A stretch of 64,000 nucleotides of DNA from NCBI GenBank assembly GCA_965202665.1, contig OZ241841.1, positions 2,176,001 to 2,240,000 of the forward strand. The letters run 5' to 3'. The translations under genes were made by a program, and so were the position numbers. Each line of letters starts with the position of its first letter. Positions within the stretch are counted from its first letter, which is position 1. The notes under the pieces were generated by a model. That model was not told the DNA's origin. It did not search any database and was given only the letters and a program-made list of their open reading frames with translations. Positions 53,601 to 59,649 of this stretch are shown here, one piece after another. This stretch comes from Candidatus Spongiisociaceae bacterium. Its GTDB lineage: Bacteria > Actinomycetota > Acidimicrobiia > Spongiisociales > Spongiisociaceae.

Positions 53601-54974
53601 GTAACCGACGGAACCGCCACCGCCGGAGAAGACTACCAAACCCATGCCCCGTTCGATATCAGAATCCCCGCCAACAGCAACTACGCCACCACCAACATCA
53701 CCCTCAACCTCACCCCCGACGACCGCGTCTACGAAGGCAACGAAACCCTGGAACTGACCGGATCGCACTCCCAGTTCACCGTCAGACCCGTCACTTTCAC
53801 CATCACCGAAAACGACGCCCAACCCAACCGCATAACCCTATCCGCCAGCCCCAACCGAATAAACGAAGGCCAAACCGCAAACGTAACCATCACCGCCTCC
53901 CTCGGCTCAGTCGCTCTAACCCAAGACATGCAAGTTCCCATCCGTTTGGGAACCGGAGAATCTTACCAACCCGGCCCCGGCGCCCACACCATCCGCATCC
54001 CCGCTGGCCAAACCAGCGGAAACATCCAAATAAGAATACAAATAAACGACGACAACACCCGTGAGGACGCCAAACAAATTCGCATAACCCCCGGCGCCGT
54101 TGCCGGATTCACCGTCACCACCACCGCTATCACCATCCCCGCCAACGACGCCCCCGCTGTCACCACCACCCCCACCGGCGGTGGCGGAGGAGGTGGTGGC
54201 GGTGGAGGAGGAGGTGGTGGTGGCGCCCCAGCTCCGCCCCCCGCAGGAGGGGGAGGGGGCGGTGGAGGCGGTGGAGGAGGGGCCCCGCCCCCACCCGCCG
54301 GAGGAGGTGGCGCCCCGCCCCCGGCTGGTCCCGCTGGACCTGTCGCGCCGGTTGCGCCTCCGCCCGCGCCGGTGGTCTGCCAGGGACGGTTCTGCGACGA
54401 TGACGGCAGCGTCCACGAAGACAACATCGAGTTGATGGCCGTATGGGGTATAACCATCGGATGCGACGCCAACGACTCCACCAAATACTGTCCCAGTGCG
54501 CAAATCACCCGTCGGCAAATGGCCACTTTCATCTACCGGGCAGTCAATCCCCGCTGGCCCATCCAGTTCCCCACCGGCATAGAAATCAACGATGTCCCCG
54601 CCGACGCCAGCTACCGTTCCTACGCCGACTGGCTGGTAAGCATCGGGGCCTTCCAGCTGGACGACGGGAACTTCAATCCCCGGGGCATAGTAACCCGAGC
54701 CGATATGGCGGTGATGATGGTAGCCGCTTTCCCCCATATCCAGGCCGTATCCGAGTCGCAAAACCTGTTCGCGGACACCGGCAACTTGGACGCGGCGGTG
54801 GTGCGGGCTATTGAAGGCATAGCCGATAGCGGAGTGACCAGGGGATGCACCACCACGCCGCCTCTCAGGTACTGCCCCAACAATCCGGTGACCCGGGCGC
54901 AGATGGCGTCCTTCTTCGTAAGGGTAATCAACCAAGCCCCCGCCGCCGACGACGCCGCAGGCGCAAGTTCATAA
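41607..54974 (+). CDS. Giant (~4,455 aa) secreted surface protein: Calx-beta/Ig-like super-repeats, Gly/Pro linker, SLH-like anchor
   Basis: ATG 41607 after GGAGG; signal-peptide-like segment; repeated DD.IVEGPET and VTIPAG domains; C-terminus homologous to that of 18-7337. Confidence 0.88.
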   Translation: MGRMSGLGSAGGVRALGLGLVVGGVRRVLGLGLAVVLVVGLLPLVPVGVVGQAQKATVSITYRDGGAVVGVNEGEEVRLKLTVEFAGGTAHKGGSIYVQTGGTATRHTDYGMGKDDNCCSTATQFFDNFIDNAIIDWSTGSGTVSTNFTFRAVNDTLFEYYESFKLAVQTFSTGGFQYNDVGFSIRDRDRSLGVSYSVSEVGESAAGQWRSGTVTLSRGEVSGGVFVPATANWTSYGVTPLQVKVVDGTAKNEVSGVTDERRDFVFSHFNDAVVANRRIVSVAKGQVSGTVGNVGFRVLSEVGPRVAEPPEVFYVTVDTSPVWGAPVTIVDDDVTIALSSSSSNSSFAGFAESDIPQPVTVTARFLHAASSVIPTDTVVNVSVKSFSDSPVLTGGGAVVSSGACPQSSGDVCLDVGNSFTVTIPAGELSGSRTVLMTARDEGGTAEGVEGVGFDGSASVGGEAVFVYGHAIRLYDADDPKVIGLSLHEAATGEAGLSSVDEGAAKAVRVRATMTGSWQSVWESQYTRVVWVTPGSVSGSAVLGSCTGSGQSRVCTGDFGRNTGEVTVTMQPKPASQATVGDVTITAYDDTVTEDGESVVFWGRANSQWVVAPAMLTINDADRHVDLGVSPSTIAEPASGSARSDFLFTARFGQMVDNVFVPSTSSTVGSAFSISDFSFVNGSARAEDDNGIPLDFYPVDTANVSRAVSIVAGSVSGTLTWPFNSYADNEAEGTEDFSFRVWSSTAGYSVGVPRVNITDPDSVLNLSIDADGGTTGVQPLREGESSSGAMATAAFPAGSSTIGSATSVALSAGLGTPGAGVASAADFTYAPASPLTVSVGANSVSGSAALGGLTVVDDGVVEGPETFVLSGVVTGAVGVSAADSSVTIVDDDADIDLTVSESSVLEGAGEQAITVKAAFRGSSSVLAAATDVAVTLASAASGGAVLSSAVCPQTSGDVCSDKTNNQFTVSIPAGATSGSATLRLTARDDGNAEGGEGLVLSGTASVGGAAVSVTSANISVFDPGQAIDLSLTDTAQTPVVLTAVGEDGGARVVRVTATAPAAVSAETVVTVRMGLGGSAVSSCSGSGQSRVCTGDFGTVADTSTITIPSGGTTGSVDVTVTPFEDTIAEEDETIRVGGSAGGYAVRGADLTITDQDRTVGVGVGMGEAVYGEGGDPQSGWATRSQCMTSAPFSRTVTGRLGGLSAEGVFTAATSSTLGSNVRGRVRTVDGTATYNQDYSSDGFAVDTMPTAWEFITIAAGSTSGTATVQLVSCVDDVAEGDETYQMTISSLPAGFGAHPQVMTVTDDDSRPGLRGTISEDAGGTVGVEAFLPAGSSELTDPQVVSLTSVTADSAGTADFSYPSPAPVLLTIPAGSTSVSGAIPGLAITDDGSVEGPERLTLGGTDASGAAVSGSLAIVDDDAVIDVLVSPAEVLEQAAAQQIGVTARFRGETSALTAATAVTVTLAGAQNGATLAAACPATSEDACTDQANNQFTISIPAGSTEASGSFMLTARSDNAADNDEDLTVSGAATIGGEAAVVEGTELTIFDPGRSIALSFTDTASTPVPLVDVGEDGGAKVIRVVASAPVAPTSAVTVEVVVGAEGTTAGAGDYSSSSDRVSVTIAANDTSGTADVTITPASDTITEDLETIRFAGSATGYAVVANDLVIQDQDRAVKVMAAEGDLVVREPREGEALTNQYNGILKFFRGMTAVLGGVSGGVFTPSTSSTYSSNLGMRVRVDAGTATVGGQTSTTDDIFHEHGEADDPLEVTINAGALSGNVNIVYAPTAVPVVAVLKDTVAEPDQIFYFRPAVPSGWTAVRETITIQDSNQIAITVDTDSATGTQTTLAEGATGSGVTVSAAYYNATTSVITSATNVTLSAAAPTPAGAGKAVATDFTYSPATPNAITFPANNATPSATATLAGLTVTDDAIVEGPETITVSGSSSLGDATPATITIVDDDDDITLSVFPASVAEGSGAQTIAVTAAFAGTTSALTTATDVTVTIASPSSNGATLAACPSSTTDVCATGLTSSQLTVTIPAGETSSTATFQLTARDDTTADDDEKLTVTGSATVGGATATITGTEMSVRDPGRAITLSFTDTAQTPAALTAVEEDGGAQTVRVVATVGTAPAADTDVTVTVGAAGGTAILGTLGDYLRSTGEATVTIAANNTSGTADVTITPVVDRVTEDHETIRFAGAATGYAIVPADLQITDQDRVIKFTLNPDTQDELPYRQNSISLSAVAALGGTSGGVFTPSTSSTYSGSMNLLGWSPEGYGQNAQTRSVATYVIEDGDPFFLHSYRRWFSIPSGSFASSSQSMDHSVEINDTADPDEGVRRVGARQNTVPAGFVQEQAWFRIRDVADSRVVFGVDTDGNTMGNQTTIEEGASGSGVEVWAGWPPGVTNNRHASPVTATLTMEEDTEPGAGEAGDADFDYAPPSPLSFTIPVKVAEDLMATPPVVGVSGLRSSSGTLAGLSVVDDSIVEGPETIAFGGTSSLGAGHSVTGELTIADDDADITLSVFPAVVAEGSGAQTITVTARFAGTTSVLTTATNVTVTIAAAASDGAVVDADACPSESGDDVCTNKAGNQFTVAIPAGELEGSGVFQLTAREDSTADDGEGLIVSGSAMVGSEAVEVTGAAMTVHDADKTITLSFTDTAQTPTALTEVEEDGGAQTVRVVATAPAAVGASPVTVSVTVGAAGGEAALNADYTRSSASATVTIPAQGTSGSADVTITPRSDTITENQETIVFTGSASGYGVVGAGLGIADQDRYIRMSPTGGDRFNEPPVVFAGHSVGAKADLGGVTDGVFTASTASTYSVALNNLRVTMRGVTATEGIAGSPVGPRDFVWTGNGGGVDSRFLSIPAGSLSATAVPHTLQLFRYAREVEPLETIEVVATEPAGFTVVPGIISILDTIQTQLTLQVDTDRVESGNQSVLAEGAAGSSVDVSGRYRGTSNKLGEDTVVTLSTAVETPGAGKATAADFTYAPSSPNSFTIPQAAVSSSVAATLAGLTVVDDAIVEGSETFRITAASSQTLRITGASSSGAVAAATVTIWDDDADIDLSVSPSVVAEGVGAQTITVTARFKGSSTVLTEAVDVLVSVAGASGGAALAAAPCPQASGDACTDKTGNQFTVTIPAGSLSANGTFQLTARDDNVAEGAEALTVSGSAMVGGLAVDVESAVVNVVDRGIELSVSSGGSALTGLGEDSGSTTVRVTATLPVASSTPVVVGVNVTGGSATLDDDSMFGAGEDFRVSYPQGSPPAGYGMGISIPAGRVSGWADIVVAVNDDRAAEGAAETISVDGAVASGSVLAVVDTAFDITDNDSGITLNVTADALEEDGDGRAARVTASLAGTTSQIGVATVVTLSFTAGAGTEAADFTAPGAGSEITVTIPAGSVSSSSTALTGLGITDDAIAEVGETIQVGGTTPGLSVTPASLTIQDDDSVIVLTASAAAAEGGTGSGITVSAAFQTGTTSSEIATATAVTLTVGDGTAVSPADYQNSGTYTVTIPAQATGAAAGVSLAGLTVKHDDITEGRETIIISGTSTLGAAASAVLAIADADTALTLSATPDLLVERPNHYIVTVTAAFDNVASSARTAAVPVTVTLADDTATHGTSNDWYTNLPANRQLTVNIPAGRTSGASTFRIVARADSTGESTERVSLTATAQVDGSAVTATSARLEIVDQGVTLGWASNTGTPLTAIAEDSGTTTLRITASIPVVAPAGGAVIGVNIANGTAAPAAASTGFGTGEDYRITLPTSPAPPAGYDLAVAISAGETSGHRTVTLQVNDDNTAEGASEGADPETVHIEGGTLTLGGSTLPVVGANLNITDDDQAPDEITITLQTPGGADLAQIFETTATTPVVVKAAYQGTNTLPHSVIVPLGVAKVGDTAIPDTDYRDVTSPPSITIPAYQSHGMARFDLEAIDDDDPESPETITVRGDPADTLTAFTVGEDTLTLVDDESAVTLSLDVTQAPEGTRQNVTVKAAFSAGVTQTAQKTIRVTVTDGTATAGEDYQTHAPFDIRIPANSNYATTNITLNLTPDDRVYEGNETLELTGSHSQFTVRPVTFTITENDAQPNRITLSASPNRINEGQTANVTITASLGSVALTQDMQVPIRLGTGESYQPGPGAHTIRIPAGQTSGNIQIRIQINDDNTREDAKQIRITPGAVAGFTVTTTAITIPANDAPAVTTTPTGGGGGGGGGGGGGGGGAPAPPPAGGGGGGGGGGGGAPPPPAGGGGAPPPAGPAGPVAPVAPPPAPVVCQGRFCDDDGSVHEDNIELMAVWGITIGCDANDSTKYCPSAQITRRQMATFIYRAVNPRWPIQFPTGIEINDVPADASYRSYADWLVSIGAFQLDDGNFNPRGIVTRADMAVMMVAAFPHIQAVSESQNLFADTGNLDAAVVRAIEGIADSGVTRGCTTTPPLRYCPNNPVTRAQMASFFVRVINQAPAADDAAGASS

Positions 54975-54985
54975 CCACCCCAACC

Positions 54986-55027
54986 TATCCCGGCCTCTGC
55001 CCAACCTAGGGGCCGGGATATTCTTTT
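54986..55027 (+). terminator. Intrinsic terminator after the giant gene
   Basis: TATCCCGGCCTCTG...TAGGGGCCGGGATA stem followed by TTCTTTT. Confidence 0.75.
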
Positions 55028-55043
55028 CCCCAACCCCCCAAAT

Positions 55044-55358
55044 TCAAAGAGCCAATAATGCTCTTATCGCGTCGACGCCGCGAGTCACGTTACCGTTCAG
55101 ATAGTCGCGATGGCTTTCAATCAGGGCTTCCATCTCTTCAGGATCCCCCAGTATGGAAAGGGTTTCTTCCAGCGACTCCAGGGTTTCCCGCCCCTGGGGA
55201 GACAGTCCCCCATCGACGCTTCGCGCCCGCAGAGCCGCAAGCCGGCTTTCCAGAGATTCCATTTCCCGCTGGGCGGTCAGCAGGCCGTCGTTCCGTTGCA
55301 CCCGATCAAGAAACTCCACGACCTGCTGGTCGACGGTGAGCGTTGGTTGGTTGGTCAT
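55044..55358 (-). CDS. Orphan antitoxin-like protein (YefM-type C-terminus)
   Basis: GGAGGAG RBS; ESLEETLSILGDPEEMEALIESHRDYLNG; paralog at 63756. Confidence 0.65.
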   Translation of the reverse strand: MTNQPTLTVDQQVVEFLDRVQRNDGLLTAQREMESLESRLAALRARSVDGGLSPQGRETLESLEETLSILGDPEEMEALIESHRDYLNGNVTRGVDAIRALLAL

Positions 55359-55444
55359 GTCGCTCCTCCAATATATCCGCGTCTGCCCGCCTCGCCGGGG
55401 TTGGCGGGTATAGGATAATGGTAGGTCTTCGTCAGGAGGGACGG

Positions 55445-58400
55445 ATGATTGACAGTTTCGCCGGGCTGACCGGTCGGAGGGTTTCGGTGGACGGCGCCGG
55501 CGCCCCGGCCGAGGCCCGGGATTTGCAGGCGGTGATGTTGGACGCATCCTTTGAGGTGTTGCTGGCCGGGTGGGATTCGGCCCGTCCTCCCGCTCCGGGC
55601 AAACTGCTGTCCCTCCACCGGTGGCGGCTCGGCTCACAGAACTTTTCGCTGGTGGTTGCGGTTACCGACCGACAGGGCAAGGTGTGGCTGGCCGGTCCGG
55701 GCGGGAGAGACCAGCCGGTGGGTCCGCTCACCGAATCGGAGGCCGCCCGCATGTTGCAGGCCGCTCTGGAGGAACCGTCCGGCCCGTCCGCCCATAGACG
55801 GATAGCCGACCTGCTGAAAGCCCGTCGCAAGGACGATTCCGTTCCCGGCCTGGGCGGCGAAGGCCTGTTCGCCCAGCACTACCTGGCCAAAGTGCTACCC
55901 GGTCAGGGCGTTTGGCGGGAATCCGTCGCCCGGGCCCGCCCCTGGCTGTGCCTGCGCGGCATGGCCCTGATAGAAGCGATGGGGTTTTCCGCCCTTCGCC
56001 CCGTTGGGAACGGGTGCGTCCTGACAGATAGGATATCTCAAGGGAACGGGGGGGGGGGTAGGCTTGGTGAGAGCCCTAATGCGGTGGCGGTGTTGCTTGA
56101 CCGCGTCGAGCATTTCGATGCGGGCAGCACGCGTTTCGACGCTTCCCCGGTAGAATACGGCCTGTCCCTGGCCCGCGAGGAGCAGGCGGGTTGGCTGATT
56201 CTCCTGCGCGGTTCGCAAATCCGGCTTTATTCGGCCAAACCGGGCGTGGGAGTGGGCAGCAGGGGGCTGACCGAAACCTTTTTTGAGCTGGACCTGGCCC
56301 TGCTGGAAGAAGACAAGGCGGGCTACCTTGATTTAGCGTTTTCCGCCGCCGCCCTAGTCGAAGACGGAACGGTAAAACAGTTGCTGGAGGGCTCACGCGA
56401 CTACGCGGTGGGTTTGGGGGATCGCCTGCGGGAGCGCATCTACGTGGAGGCCATCCCCGAATTGGCGGTAGCGGTGGCTAAAGAACTGGAACGGCTGGAC
56501 CACCAGGCTGGCAAAGATCTGGCCCGCGCCTACCGAATCACCCTCCGCATCCTGTTCCGGTTGCTGTTCCAAGCCTACGCGGAAGACTGCGGGTTGTTGC
56601 CTTACGGAACCAACGAAGAGTACACCAAATATTCGCTGAAACAACACGCCCGCGACCTGGCGGATCCTCCCGAAGAAATGTTTGATCCCCGCTCCCATAA
56701 AACTTGGGACGAACTTATGTTGGTGTGGGGAGTCATCGACACCGGTGACGCCGTCATGGGGGTTCCCGCTTACAACGGTGGTCTGTTCCTTTCCGACCCG
56801 GAGCGTTCCCCCGATGGCGCCCTCATTTCTCAAATGCGGTTGGATAATGCGGTGGTGGGCCATGCCCTGCGCCGACTGCTGGTGGATGTGGACAGCCTTG
56901 GCGTTCCCGGACCGGTGGATTTTCGGTCGCTGTCCATTCGGGAGTTCGGGACCATCTACGAAGGCCTGCTGGCTTCGTCCCTGTCCCGGGCCGACCAAGA
57001 CCTGACTTTGGACAAAAAACAGACCTACGTCCCAGCCAAGGCGGCGGACAAAGTGGAAGTGCGGGCAGGTGAGATTTATTTCCACAACACCTCCGGCATG
57101 CGCAAATCAGCAGGTGTTTATTTCACCCCCCGGTTTGCAGTAGACCACCTGTTGGAACGGTCGCTGGTCCCGGTGCTCAGGGATCATCTCAAAAAAATCA
57201 ACGCAATGTTGGATGAAGACGATGATGCGGGCGCCTACGAGTCGTTTTTCGATTTCCGAGTGTGCGACCCGGCAATGGGGTCGGGCAACTTCCTAGTGGC
57301 GGCCATTGATCATATGGCCGAGGAGATGACCCCGTTTTTGCGTGCCCACCCTATACCGGGTGTGACCGGTGAGTTGAACCGATTGGAGGCGGCGGCAAGG
57401 AAAGAGTTGGGCGATGCGGCCGATCAGTATTCGTTGGATCGGTCAATGTTGCTCCGCCGCCAGATAGCCCGCCACTGCATCTACGGCATCGACAACAACG
57501 ATATCGCAGTGGAGTTGGCAAAAGTCGCCGTGTGGTTGCACACGTTTGTCCCCGGTTTGCCAATGTCCACCTTGGACCACAATCTGGTGTGCGCTGATTC
57601 GCTGACCGGAATAGAGTCCATTGAAGAGGCTATAGAAATACTGGACCCGCAACGCAATCCGGGGGTGGTGTCGCTGATGCGCGGGCCCCTCGAGGAAAGC
57701 CTGGAGGAGTCCCGAAGTCATCTCCAAGATGCGGCCAAAATTTCGGAATCCACCACGGCCGAAATCAGGCAAGCGGACAAGCACCGGGACAGGGCCGTTC
57801 AAGTCGCCGGTAAAGCCAAGGCCATCTTTGACGCGGCGGTGGCCGCCCGCATCGGCGAGTTGGGCGATTTGACGATGGTAGAGCCGGAAGAGATTGTCCG
57901 TATGTCCCAGCAAACAGAGGTTCAAGACCGGATAGCTATTCTCAATCCTGGTCATATGCCTTACCTGTTTCCGCAAGTTTTCCTCCGAGACCCCTCAGGG
58001 TTTGATGTAATGGTTGGCAATCCTCCCTGGGAAAAAATTAAAGTCGAGGAACATGCCTGGTGGGGTTTACGCTTTCCAGGTTTACGGGGATTACCTTTGG
58101 TGGCAAAGCGAGAGAGGCTTAAAACCCTAAAACACGACCGCCCTGATCTGGTGGATGAATATGAACAGGCTGTTACCCTGACCGCAGAGTTGCGGAAGAT
58201 TATAAGCAAGGGACCTTATCCTGGAATGGGTACTGGTGATCCTGACCTCTTCAAAGCCTTCTCATGGCGGTTTTGGAAGTTATCTCGCGATGGCGGTGCT
58301 GTAGGTATTGTTTTGCCCTCTGGTGTATTAAAAGGTAAGGGTTCGGAAAGATGGCGTAAGCAGGTTTTCGAGGAGTGTTGTTTTGTTGATTTAGCTCCTT

Positions 58401-58906
58401 TGATAAACACAGGGGGCTGGGTTTTTAATGATGTGCATAAGCAGTATATAGTAGGTTTGATGGCTATAGGAAAGGGTAGCGAACAATTTGGTTCCGTACG
58501 TATCAGAAATCTTTGCCGAAGTGTGAGCGATTTAGCACGAGTTGATGCTAGTAATGTGGTGCAAATAGATGAGCTTTTGGCTTGGACACCTGAAGCTCTT
58601 TTCCCTTTATTTCCTAGCACGGATGCTATTAAGGTTTTTAGAAAAATGATTAAGTACCCCAGAATAAAAAGAAGCGAGCGTCAGCGAGCGTCAGCGAGCG
58701 TCAGCGAGCGTCAGCGAGCGTCAGCGAGCGTCAGCGAGCGTCAGGTACAGCCTCTACAAGCTACCACAAATTGGAGGACAAGTCCAGTAACCGAATTACA
58801 CACAAGAAAAGACAGAAAGTATTTCTTAGGAGCAGAACTTCTTGGCGAGCATTACCCATTAGAGAACTCGAAACCACGCCCGACAGACATAGGTTCACAG
58901 CAATGA
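55445..58906 (+). CDS. Eco57I/type IIG-like adenine methyltransferase, N-terminal and catalytic part (phase-variable)
   Basis: AGGAGGG RBS; YNGGLF, FGTIYEGLL, RKSAGVYFTP, CDPAMGSGNFL, IYGID, VGNPPWEK. Confidence 0.88.
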   Translation: MIDSFAGLTGRRVSVDGAGAPAEARDLQAVMLDASFEVLLAGWDSARPPAPGKLLSLHRWRLGSQNFSLVVAVTDRQGKVWLAGPGGRDQPVGPLTESEAARMLQAALEEPSGPSAHRRIADLLKARRKDDSVPGLGGEGLFAQHYLAKVLPGQGVWRESVARARPWLCLRGMALIEAMGFSALRPVGNGCVLTDRISQGNGGGGRLGESPNAVAVLLDRVEHFDAGSTRFDASPVEYGLSLAREEQAGWLILLRGSQIRLYSAKPGVGVGSRGLTETFFELDLALLEEDKAGYLDLAFSAAALVEDGTVKQLLEGSRDYAVGLGDRLRERIYVEAIPELAVAVAKELERLDHQAGKDLARAYRITLRILFRLLFQAYAEDCGLLPYGTNEEYTKYSLKQHARDLADPPEEMFDPRSHKTWDELMLVWGVIDTGDAVMGVPAYNGGLFLSDPERSPDGALISQMRLDNAVVGHALRRLLVDVDSLGVPGPVDFRSLSIREFGTIYEGLLASSLSRADQDLTLDKKQTYVPAKAADKVEVRAGEIYFHNTSGMRKSAGVYFTPRFAVDHLLERSLVPVLRDHLKKINAMLDEDDDAGAYESFFDFRVCDPAMGSGNFLVAAIDHMAEEMTPFLRAHPIPGVTGELNRLEAAARKELGDAADQYSLDRSMLLRRQIARHCIYGIDNNDIAVELAKVAVWLHTFVPGLPMSTLDHNLVCADSLTGIESIEEAIEILDPQRNPGVVSLMRGPLEESLEESRSHLQDAAKISESTTAEIRQADKHRDRAVQVAGKAKAIFDAAVAARIGELGDLTMVEPEEIVRMSQQTEVQDRIAILNPGHMPYLFPQVFLRDPSGFDVMVGNPPWEKIKVEEHAWWGLRFPGLRGLPLVAKRERLKTLKHDRPDLVDEYEQAVTLTAELRKIISKGPYPGMGTGDPDLFKAFSWRFWKLSRDGGAVGIVLPSGVLKGKGSERWRKQVFEECCFVDLAPLINTGGWVFNDVHKQYIVGLMAIGKGSEQFGSVRIRNLCRSVSDLARVDASNVVQIDELLAWTPEALFPLFPSTDAIKVFRKMIKYPRIKRSERQRASASVSERQRASASVSERQVQPLQATTNWRTSPVTELHTRKDRKYFLGAELLGEHYPLENSKPRPTDIGSQQ
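56048..56058 (+). repeat. G11 homopolymer within the MTase gene (currently in frame)
   Basis: AAC-G11-TAGG, encoding NGGGG. Confidence 0.85.
58673..58744 (+). repeat. Perfect 10-bp tandem repeat (AGCGAGCGTC)x7 within the MTase gene
   Basis: Directly visible at 58673-58742 plus AG; no stop codon in any frame. Confidence 0.97.
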
Positions 58907-59649
58907 AAGATAACCTGTGGCCAGTCTATGGTGGACGTTCTTTTAATATTTGGTGCCCAGATACGGGTAAATATTATGCGGCAACCGACCCTGATGCTAT
59001 CACTGAGTATCTCCAAGGGAAGCGAGAGCGTAGCAGGACCAGTTTTGCTGAAATGCCGCAAGAGTGGCTTGATGATTTAGATACTCTTCCTTGTAAGCAT
59101 CCCCGTATTGCTTTTTGTGATGTTGCGAATAGTGTAGATAGTAGAACGATAATCGCGGCTCTTGTACCGCCGAATATAGTGATTACAGAAGTAGCACCAT
59201 ATCTGATATGGCCTTCAGGGGAAGTTAGCGATCAAGCCTTCCTACTAGGGGTGTTATCATCGATGATTCTCGATTGGTACGCTCGTCGCATTGTATCGAC
59301 TCATTTCAAGTTCTACATCTTTAATTCTTTGCCGGTGCCGGATGCTGATCCTGGGGATCCGGTTGTTCGGCGGGTGGTGGAGATTTCGGGGCGGTTGGCG
59401 GCGGTGGATGAGCGGTTTGCGGACTGGGCGGAGGAAGTGGGGGTGCCGGTGGGGACTTTGCAGGAAGAACCGGAGCGGTCGGACGCCATCTACGAACTGG
59501 ACGCCTGCGTGGCTTTGCTCTACGGCTTGGATGAAGACGACCTGCGAATCATCTACGAAACCTTTCACGAAACGACCGACTATTCGCAACGGCATGTGGC
59601 GGTGCTGGCCCATTTCCGCAGATGGCGGGAAGAGCGGGAACCCCTGTGA
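58903..59649 (+). CDS. C-terminal target-recognition part of the MTase (separate frame; ATGA overlap with the upstream stop)
   Basis: WPVYGGRSFNIW, PRIAFCDVANSVDSRTIIAALVP, LLGVLSSMILDWYAR, ELDACVALLYGL; frame open back to the 10-bp repeat. Confidence 0.82.
   Translation: MKDNLWPVYGGRSFNIWCPDTGKYYAATDPDAITEYLQGKRERSRTSFAEMPQEWLDDLDTLPCKHPRIAFCDVANSVDSRTIIAALVPPNIVITEVAPYLIWPSGEVSDQAFLLGVLSSMILDWYARRIVSTHFKFYIFNSLPVPDADPGDPVVRRVVEISGRLAAVDERFADWAEEVGVPVGTLQEEPERSDAIYELDACVALLYGLDEDDLRIIYETFHETTDYSQRHVAVLAHFRRWREEREPL

Noticed and set aside
41465-54150. Replication terminus as the cause of the skew switch
   Set aside because: The skew flips several times within one gene and is absent from neighbouring housekeeping genes; no dif-like site recognised.
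54175-54330. GGN/CCN-rich low-complexity tract as a regulatory repeat
   Set aside because: In-frame Gly/Pro linker with mixed codons, mirrored in the first giant protein.
41607-54974. Diversity-generating retroelement acting on the variable domains
   Set aside because: No reverse transcriptase, and no template/variable repeat pair differing only at adenines was seen.
58673-59649. Simple pseudogenisation of the MTase
   Set aside because: Not excluded but disfavoured: the shift coincides with a perfect repeat, both frames carry an intact motif, the stop overlaps an ATG, and there are no other lesions.
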